Source of the DNA: Lentisphaerota bacterium
Lineage (GTDB): Bacteria; Verrucomicrobiota; Lentisphaeria; Victivallales; Victivallaceae
Length of the DNA: 64,000 nt
Assembly (NCBI GenBank): GCA_015061815.1
Contig: SUVW01000008.1
Span: forward strand, 11,514-75,513
Direction of reading: 5' to 3'
Below the pieces are notes generated by a model. It was given only the letters and a program-made list of their open reading frames with translations, was not told the origin of the DNA and did not search any database. The translations under genes and the position numbers were made by a program. This document shows positions 57,589 to 64,000 of this stretch, piece by piece. How positions within the stretch are numbered: position 1 is the stretch's first letter; every line of letters begins with the position of its first letter.

Positions 57589-58829
57589 TTTTCATCCTTT
57601 GCATCATAAGGGGTCAGTTTCAATGTTATCGTTGCGACCGCGCTGCCGGGATTCTGCCGCTGCTGCTGGGTAACTTTCCAATATTTCAGCGGCCGGAAAA
57701 GCGCATCAAAATCGAAATTACTGTCTTCACACTGCACCACTGCATCAATATCAGTTTCATTCCAGCGGATACTGGAAACAAGTATATTAGCAGGCAGTGT
57801 TTCAGAAAACAAGGCAAATTCAGAGATCGCCTCGGTTTCACCTACATTCATAGCGACCAGGCGGGTCATCTCTTTAAGTTCTTTGGAGTTTCGTTTTATT
57901 GTCTTTTTCAATTCAGCCGTTTTATTTTTCAACGCTTTGTTTTCTGCAGTTATTTTGCGGTATTCTTTCACATCGCTGCCGTAAGTCAATGCAAAGCGCC
58001 AAACCAGAGAGGCCAACAGCAAAAATATCAAAATCCCCGTTACGATCAGATGTCCCCGGAACCGTACCGGGCGGACATTATCCGGAAGCACCCGGAAAGA
58101 TTCCGGACAATCGCGCATTTTACTGCTGACGATCACCTCTGCCGCCAGCAGCAGCATCAGATAGTTGCGGAAAACGAACGAACGGTCTTCCGGCAGAATA
58201 AAACGTTTGCGCAAACGTTTTTCCCAATTTTCAACACTTACATTCTCATTTACGGCATCCGATACCGGCATCCATCCATCTTTGATGTAAGCAAAATCCG
58301 GTTCGATCTCCGGCAGCATCAGTGAATCATTTTTTTCATCGATTGCCATAAACGGATGGATGAATTCATCAGCGGTGACCCCGGCATCCGACAGTTGCGA
58401 AGCAAAACTGTTGACCGCTTTACCGGAAAACACTGCCACATTGACCATCACACCGTCGAATTCACCGCTTTTCCCGGAAACACAAAACTGACAACAATGA
58501 TCATTCGGGATTTTCAGCATATTACGCGGCAATTCGAACTCTACCGCCCCCCGTTGGGCAGCAGCATCCATTTTTACCGACGGGAAACGGAAAAAAGTGC
58601 TGTTGGCAATATTTCCGGTCACAGCCCGGAACTCGGCCAGACCGGCACACCTGGCGGCTTTTTTCCATGCATTCCGGGGATTTTGTTCTTCTATTTTTTC
58701 TTCGGCGAATTCAACCAGTTTCCACGCTCTTCCTTTGCGCTGAAACCTGCCGCCTCTGATATATTCTGCATCTGCCGCAATTACTGAAAACGAACGGCTT
58801 ATATGCAATTTTCTCCAAAACATCTTCAT
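57585..58829 (-). CDS. GspL-like (PilM/PilN-like fusion topology) assembly-platform protein
   Basis: About 260 aa of cytoplasmic domain, one TM segment (GHLIVTGILIFLLLASLVW), a coiled coil, then a periplasmic domain of about 100 aa. Confidence 0.45.
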   Translation of the reverse strand: MKMFWRKLHISRSFSVIAADAEYIRGGRFQRKGRAWKLVEFAEEKIEEQNPRNAWKKAARCAGLAEFRAVTGNIANSTFFRFPSVKMDAAAQRGAVEFELPRNMLKIPNDHCCQFCVSGKSGEFDGVMVNVAVFSGKAVNSFASQLSDAGVTADEFIHPFMAIDEKNDSLMLPEIEPDFAYIKDGWMPVSDAVNENVSVENWEKRLRKRFILPEDRSFVFRNYLMLLLAAEVIVSSKMRDCPESFRVLPDNVRPVRFRGHLIVTGILIFLLLASLVWRFALTYGSDVKEYRKITAENKALKNKTAELKKTIKRNSKELKEMTRLVAMNVGETEAISEFALFSETLPANILVSSIRWNETDIDAVVQCEDSNFDFDALFRPLKYWKVTQQQRQNPGSAVATITLKLTPYDAKDEK

Positions 58830-59473
58830 TTTTCAGTGCGTTGATCCTGTTTGATTATTTCAAGCAGAAACTCTCTGGCTTTTGCCGGTTCTCTGCTCCG
58901 GAGAAGTTCATACTCTTTCATTTTTTCCGGATATTTACGCCGCAAAGCCGCCATATCCGGCCGGTTGAATGAACGTACCTGATTTACCATTGCGTTTTCG
59001 CCATGATCCGCACCGCCTCTTCCGGCCGGGCGGCGGAACAATTCAATACCGGATCGTTTTGCCAACTCCTGCAGGCTTTTCATCGCCTCCATCGGAGAAT
59101 CTTTCATCTTCTGCATTGCGGCATCAAATTCAGCCGGATTGTTTTTACGTAATTTACGTATCCGACTGTCCATTGTCTCCGGCAACTGAACTTCTGCTTT
59201 TTCGGCCAGAGCTGCCAAAGCAGCTTCATACTTTTCACGCATCGCCTCAACTTCAGCAAATTCTGCCGGAAACTTCCGGGCCATCTCCGCCTCCCGGACA
59301 AAGCGATCGAGAAATCCGCCGCGATTACTGCCATTTTGAAAATTACGTCCGCCGCGAAAAGAATTGCCGGAATGATTGAACCGGCGGCTGCCGCGTTCAC
59401 GCTGCCATTGATTTTCCGCACCCGAAACGATACTGATACCGGCAAGTAACAAAAAGCAAACAAATTTTTTCAC
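58826..59473 (-). CDS. exported helical protein with RGG-rich N-terminal region; first gene of the T2SS operon
   Basis: The probable start is GTG at 59473 (AAGGGGGA lies 7 nt upstream), giving (M)KKFVCFLLLAGISIVSGAENQ. The ORF track starts at a TTG 18 nt further upstream. Confidence 0.5.
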   Translation of the reverse strand: MKKFVCFLLLAGISIVSGAENQWQRERGSRRFNHSGNSFRGGRNFQNGSNRGGFLDRFVREAEMARKFPAEFAEVEAMREKYEAALAALAEKAEVQLPETMDSRIRKLRKNNPAEFDAAMQKMKDSPMEAMKSLQELAKRSGIELFRRPAGRGGADHGENAMVNQVRSFNRPDMAALRRKYPEKMKEYELLRSREPAKAREFLLEIIKQDQRTEK

Positions 59474-59716
59474 GTCCACATCCCCCTTCAAGGTTTCCTC
59501 AAATAATCAGGAACGATCTGAAATCCATCAAAATCAATTAAAAATCTTTCCATTTCCTGACTATTCACACACCACATTGAATATAACGCAGAAAATAACT
59601 GTTATATTTCAAGAGATTAAAAATTTTTCAAAAATTTTTGCGTGACCGGTCAATAACAATGTTTGCTCTCTGTTTCCGGACACCGCTGCACACGAACCGG
59701 CACTTCCAGTGCATAT

Positions 59717-60556
59717 TTATTTCTGTTTACGCTGCCAACCGTTGGTATAACGTTCCATAAACTGCGGATCAGCTGCCGAGCGATAGACAGATTGCATGAA
59801 ACGGTCTGCCATCTCCGGCCACATTACAACATCCAAAGTTTTTTTCCCCAAGAGCATGCCATGTTCGCCCCAATAGTTGAGCATCAATTCACATGGCCGC
59901 CCGTATTCAGCCATCGCCCGGGCAAAAACCATGCTGTTTTCAAATGGCACAAGCTGATCACAAACCGTATGCATAAGAAATGCCGGCGGCGTATCAGCTG
60001 ACACGTTTTCTGCCGGAGAAAAATCCTGCCAGTCCCCGGCATTTTCCTCTCCCAGCAGATTATCACGGGTCCCGTTATGACTCCAGGACGCGAGTGACAA
60101 TACCCCGTAACAGAGTATCATCACATCCGGCTGATAAGAAAATTTTTCCAACTCATCCGGAGAACCGTCTGCCACACATTTACACACTGTCCCGAGCGAT
60201 GCCGCCAGATGCGCTCCGGCTGAAAATCCACATACCGCAAGTTGCCCGGCAGCCAACCGGAATTTCTCTCTTCCGGCCCGGAGCATCCTCATTGCCCGCA
60301 TGGCATCGCATTGCGGTGACGGCCAGCGGGAAGGAGCTGTACGGTAATCGAGAATAAATGCATGATATCCCAATTCGTTGAATTTTCTGCCGATAGGAGA
60401 TCCTTCAGTATCTTCACACACTCCACCGTAACCACCGCCGGGAATGATCATCACCCCCGGATGATTTTTGTCATCTGATATCAGCATCGGAGTTACTGAC
60501 GGGCGGCCGGCGGCGGTTTTTATATTTTCGTCAGCATACAGAAATAATTTATCCAT
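59717..60556 (-). CDS. alpha/beta hydrolase (esterase/lipase fold-3 type)
   Basis: Oxyanion IIPGGGYGG and nucleophile elbow GFSAGAH. Start trimmed to MDKLFLYADE. Confidence 0.8.
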   Translation of the reverse strand: MDKLFLYADENIKTAAGRPSVTPMLISDDKNHPGVMIIPGGGYGGVCEDTEGSPIGRKFNELGYHAFILDYRTAPSRWPSPQCDAMRAMRMLRAGREKFRLAAGQLAVCGFSAGAHLAASLGTVCKCVADGSPDELEKFSYQPDVMILCYGVLSLASWSHNGTRDNLLGEENAGDWQDFSPAENVSADTPPAFLMHTVCDQLVPFENSMVFARAMAEYGRPCELMLNYWGEHGMLLGKKTLDVVMWPEMADRFMQSVYRSAADPQFMERYTNGWQRKQK

Positions 60557-60557
60557 C

Positions 60558-62429
60558 TCACTTTTCCTTTCCAAGTTGTTCCGGATAATCCGGTGCAATG
60601 TTGAGCAGCTTCAACACCCGGCTCATCACCTTTTGAAACACCGGTGCTGCCACATTGCCGCCGCCGTGATCTTTTTTGGGATCAAGTCCCTCAAAAGTAA
60701 TGATCATCACCAATTCCGGCCGGCGCGCCGGAACAAATCCGCAGAAACTTGCCCGGTAAGGTGCCCCGGAATAGGAACCGTTGACCACCATCTGGCTGGT
60801 ACCGGTCTTACCGGCGACATCGAATCCCGGAATACGTGCCCGGCGTCCGGTTCCATCCGGCGCGGTTACAGAAATAAGCATTTCGGTCAAAGCGGAAAAT
60901 GTCTCCGGATGTTTCAACACCCGTTCCGCTTCCTTCCGGGGATAATTTTCCACCTCACCGCTGTCGGCAGATACCCGCCGGTCAAGCAGTCTCAATTCCG
61001 GCATTTTCCCGCCATTGGCTATTGCACAGTATCCGCGCAGCAGCTGCAGGGCAGTCACCTGCACTGAATAACCGATCGGAGCCCGGGTGACAGTAACTTT
61101 GTCCCGGAATGGATAACGGGGCAGCCTCCCCCTGGATTCCGAAGTAAAAGGAAGACCGCTTTTAACTCCGAAACGGAAATCCCTGAACATCTGATAAACC
61201 ATTTCATCGCCCATCATCAAAGCGATCTTGGCGGTCCCGATATTACTGGATTTTTTCAACACTCCACCCGGCGGCATGTCCCCATATCCCCGGGGATCAC
61301 TCAACCGGTGACCGCCATAATACCACGAAGATGTCTTCCCGCAATCAATAATACTCTGCGGCGTAATAACTCCTTCATCCAACGCCTTGGCCACAGTAAA
61401 AGGCTTCATCACCGATCCCGGTTCGTAAGCATTCCCCGCAATGGCATTGGCAAAATTTCCGCTTTTGATCGTCCCGGGATCACCGGGATCAAAATTCGGC
61501 CGCTGACTGATCGCCAGAATATCGCCGGTTCGCGGATCAGCGATCGCCGCATAAACAAAGGATGCTCCGGTTTCCGCAAACGCCCGGTTCAATTCATCTT
61601 CCAACACCGCCTGAACCGGTTCACGCACCGTCAGATAAATATCATCCCCGTCATATCCGGCAACATCCACCCTGCTCTCTCCATAAGCCAAGGCCCGCCC
61701 GTCACCGCTTCGCTGAAATGTTTCCGTACTGCCCTGCGCCCGCAGATCTTTACCGACAGCCAGTTCCAAACCGCCGCGTTCAGCATGGATATCTTTACCG
61801 ACATTGGCAAAACCGATCACATTGGCAAGCATCCGGCCTTTAGGATAATAACGGATATAGATATTTTCAAAAACGAAGCCGCCGAGATTTAATTTTTTCT
61901 CTTTCATCAACTCTTTGAAGCGTTTTACCGCCTCCGGATCAGCCGCTTTATCGATAACCAGACGCTGCCGTTTACGCCGCACAGTTTTTCCGTCGGCATT
62001 ACGCACCTCGCGCCAGGGAGATAACGCATGATAAAACTCAACGGCACTTTTATCAAAACATTTTGACAATAAAAATGCGACCATACGGCGGCGGTTTTCA
62101 CGCAATCCCGGAAGCTTCTCCCTCACACCGGGCTTGAGAGATTTTTCCAGATGAACGAATGGTTCTTCAACCACTGAATAAGGAGAACAGACCACATGTA
62201 TTTTCGGCATATTGCCCACCAGCAAATTACCGTCAGCATCAAAGATTTTCCCTCTCTGCTTCATTTTGTCTTTGCTGGCAGTGTACCAATTCTGGGCTTT
62301 CTGATACAACTCATCATGACGCCGGATCTGAATGACATAAAAACGGCAGCTCAATGCGATCGCCAGAACAATGCACACCGCACAGAGCAGCCAGATTCGT
62401 CTTTTTACCGGAGTCAGAGCTGGATTCAT
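60558..62429 (-). CDS. ftsI: peptidoglycan D,D-transpeptidase (class B PBP)
   Basis: N-terminal TM segment, SVMK (SxxK), SSN and KTGT motifs. dcw-cluster position fits. Confidence 0.88.
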   Translation of the reverse strand: MNPALTPVKRRIWLLCAVCIVLAIALSCRFYVIQIRRHDELYQKAQNWYTASKDKMKQRGKIFDADGNLLVGNMPKIHVVCSPYSVVEEPFVHLEKSLKPGVREKLPGLRENRRRMVAFLLSKCFDKSAVEFYHALSPWREVRNADGKTVRRKRQRLVIDKAADPEAVKRFKELMKEKKLNLGGFVFENIYIRYYPKGRMLANVIGFANVGKDIHAERGGLELAVGKDLRAQGSTETFQRSGDGRALAYGESRVDVAGYDGDDIYLTVREPVQAVLEDELNRAFAETGASFVYAAIADPRTGDILAISQRPNFDPGDPGTIKSGNFANAIAGNAYEPGSVMKPFTVAKALDEGVITPQSIIDCGKTSSWYYGGHRLSDPRGYGDMPPGGVLKKSSNIGTAKIALMMGDEMVYQMFRDFRFGVKSGLPFTSESRGRLPRYPFRDKVTVTRAPIGYSVQVTALQLLRGYCAIANGGKMPELRLLDRRVSADSGEVENYPRKEAERVLKHPETFSALTEMLISVTAPDGTGRRARIPGFDVAGKTGTSQMVVNGSYSGAPYRASFCGFVPARRPELVMIITFEGLDPKKDHGGGNVAAPVFQKVMSRVLKLLNIAPDYPEQLGKEK

Positions 62430-62432
62430 CCT

Positions 62433-62900
62433 TTAACGGCTCCTCCCGGATCTGCCGGAAGTGTACCTTGAAGTATCCATTGCCAGACGTTTCGGCAATA
62501 CCGGCAGAGAAAGAGAAGCCAACTGTTCGCCGGAATAGACCCGGATGTACTGCTGCTGATCCTGCCGCAGCTCCACCAGCGGCAAATCAAAACGGGCAAT
62601 TTGACGCATAATGAATTCGCGGGTGCTGCAATTGGCAAAACGCATATTCAAAGCTTCCACATCCCGCCCGGTCTGAACGATCTTTTCATTCACTCTGGCG
62701 ATTTCAGCAGTCGCCTGATTGATCTGCTGATCAAGTTTTATATAGGTGTGAAAAAATGCACCGATCACCAGGATCACGATCGCGGCACTGCCGACCCGGG
62801 CCAGCAAACCGCAAAAAGCATCCACGCCTTTTGAATAATCTTCTTTGCGGCGTGATACCGACTTTACACCGCCCGAATTTCCCGGTTGGATGTTGAACAT
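62433..62900 (-). CDS. ftsL: FtsL-like cell division protein
   Basis: It has a single TM segment followed by a coiled coil (LDQQINQATAEIARVNEKIVQ). It lies between rsmH and ftsI. Confidence 0.5.
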   Translation of the reverse strand: MFNIQPGNSGGVKSVSRRKEDYSKGVDAFCGLLARVGSAAIVILVIGAFFHTYIKLDQQINQATAEIARVNEKIVQTGRDVEALNMRFANCSTREFIMRQIARFDLPLVELRQDQQQYIRVYSGEQLASLSLPVLPKRLAMDTSRYTSGRSGRSR

Positions 62901-62927
62901 TTTACCATTCCCTCTCTTTGCTGTCCA

Positions 62928-63878
62928 TTATCCCAATTTCTCCGCCGCGCGCAACTTCGCACACGCACTGCGGCTGTTTTCCGCCACTTCACTTTCAGTT
63001 GCCGTCACTGCATGTCTGGTCAACAGCTTCAACTCTGCTTCATGCCCGCAGCAGCACACCGGCAATCCCGGAGGGCAGATACATTGCGTACTTTCCTTCC
63101 GGAAAAAATTCTTCACTATCCGGTCTTCCAGCGAATGAAAACTTATCACTGCGATCCTGCCGCCCGGAACAAGTATATTCAATGCAGATTTCAATCCGCA
63201 CTCCAACTGCTTCAATTCATCATTGACCGCGATCCTGACCGCCTGAAAAACCAGTGTCGGATGCGGCAGCTGCCCCGGCTTTGCCCGCCCCAGAACCGCA
63301 TCGGAAAGAGCAACCAGATCCGAAGTCATGGCAAACGGTTTGTTTTCACGCATTTCCACCGCCTTTTTCGCCAGCATCCCGGCCCGCCTGATCTCGCCAT
63401 ATTCCCGGAACACCCGGGCCATTTCCGCTTCTCCGGTCCGGTTCAGCCACCGTCCGGCGGTCATCTCGCTGCGCCGGTCCATACGCATATCCAGCACCGC
63501 ATCGTTGCGCCAGGAAAAACCTCTTTCCGCAACATCCAGCTGCGGAGAAGAAACTCCTATATCCAGCAGAACTCCATCCACCAGATCCCAACCGTTTTCT
63601 ACTGCGACTGCTGCCAGATCTGCATAATTTCCGCGAACCAGTTTCACCCGTTCCCCGGCGAATGCCAATCGCTTTCCGGCAGCTGCCAGAGCCGCATCAT
63701 CCCGGTCTATCCCCAACAGCTCAAGTTTCGGATATTTTTCCAGAAGCAGCGCGCTGTGACCGCCGCCGCCGACGGTCCCATCGATCAACCGCGCCGGACG
63801 GGACGGATCAAACTGCAAATACTCCAACACCTCCTGCTTCAGAACCGGAATATGATGAAACTCATTTGCCGTACTCAT
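62928..63878 (-). CDS. rsmH: 16S rRNA (cytosine1402-N4)-methyltransferase
   Basis: HIPVLKQEVLEYL, DGTVGGGGHS, GVLLDIGVSSPQLD and FHSLEDRIVK motifs. Confidence 0.92.
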   Translation of the reverse strand: MSTANEFHHIPVLKQEVLEYLQFDPSRPARLIDGTVGGGGHSALLLEKYPKLELLGIDRDDAALAAAGKRLAFAGERVKLVRGNYADLAAVAVENGWDLVDGVLLDIGVSSPQLDVAERGFSWRNDAVLDMRMDRRSEMTAGRWLNRTGEAEMARVFREYGEIRRAGMLAKKAVEMRENKPFAMTSDLVALSDAVLGRAKPGQLPHPTLVFQAVRIAVNDELKQLECGLKSALNILVPGGRIAVISFHSLEDRIVKNFFRKESTQCICPPGLPVCCCGHEAELKLLTRHAVTATESEVAENSRSACAKLRAAEKLG

Positions 63879-64000
63879 TTATTGAATACCCCCTGAAGCA
63901 ATCCGCCCAATGCATCCAAGCCGTCCACGCCATCACTGACCTGCTGTATTTCATTGAGATACACATCAGGATCATCCGGCTGTTTCCAATTTTCCGGAGA
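63875..64000 (-). CDS. mraZ: 3' end of probable mraZ (partial, runs off window)
   Basis: My translation of the minus strand is SPENWKQPDDPDVYLNEIQQVSDGVDGLDALGGLLQGVFNK-stop. The stop overlaps the rsmH ATG (ATGA). Position and the ..W..W.. C-terminal pattern fit MraZ. Confidence 0.45.
   Translation of the reverse strand, partial: SPENWKQPDDPDVYLNEIQQVSDGVDGLDALGGLLQGVFNK

Noticed and set aside
1-64000. Search for CRISPR arrays, tRNA or rRNA genes, IS elements, integrases, toxin-antitoxin pairs and known defence-system hallmarks.
   Set aside because: I saw no regularly spaced repeats, no tRNA-like T-arm contexts outside coding regions, and no transposase, integrase, nuclease or helicase signatures apart from uvrB. 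This was a by-eye scan, so small elements could have been missed.

Overview
The window is densely coded and mostly chromosomal housekeeping. I saw no rRNA, tRNA, CRISPR array, transposase or integrase. By inference it comes from an anaerobic PVC-superphylum bacterium, probably Lentisphaerota-like. The clues are a DUF1559-type prepilin-like protein with [24 protein letters not shown], a complete type II secretion operon, and hydG.

Recognisable core genes are uvrB, hydG, a sigma-70 family factor, purL, serA, nif3, rnhC, a U32 peptidase, glyQS, rimO, rlmN, prmC, yraN, comF, glnA, ybaK, an RRM RNA-binding protein, epmA, prfB, nifU, proS and the start of the dcw cluster (mraZ-rsmH-ftsL-ftsI).

Two regions are worth attention.

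(1) 5.4-13.8 kb is a single-strand locus of uncharacterised exported proteins with CBM-like ends. It contains two nested tandem duplications (271/268 aa, and 828 aa versus a split copy), a DUF1559 pseudopilin-like gene and a cytoplasmic protein of unknown function. The split copy is interrupted exactly at a perfect 14-bp-arm palindrome, and removing 35 or 38 nt there restores the frame.

(2) 47.4-59.5 kb is a 13-gene T2SS operon: gspD-E-F-G-H-I-J-K plus divergent L/M/C-like genes and two unknown exported proteins. Every pseudopilin in it lacks the canonical Gly(-1). The secretin carries a lipobox, and several components have R/G/S/N-rich tails.

I cannot show that a truly new system is present. 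The 5.4-13.8 kb locus is the best candidate. All functional calls rest on motif recognition by eye, with no database searches.
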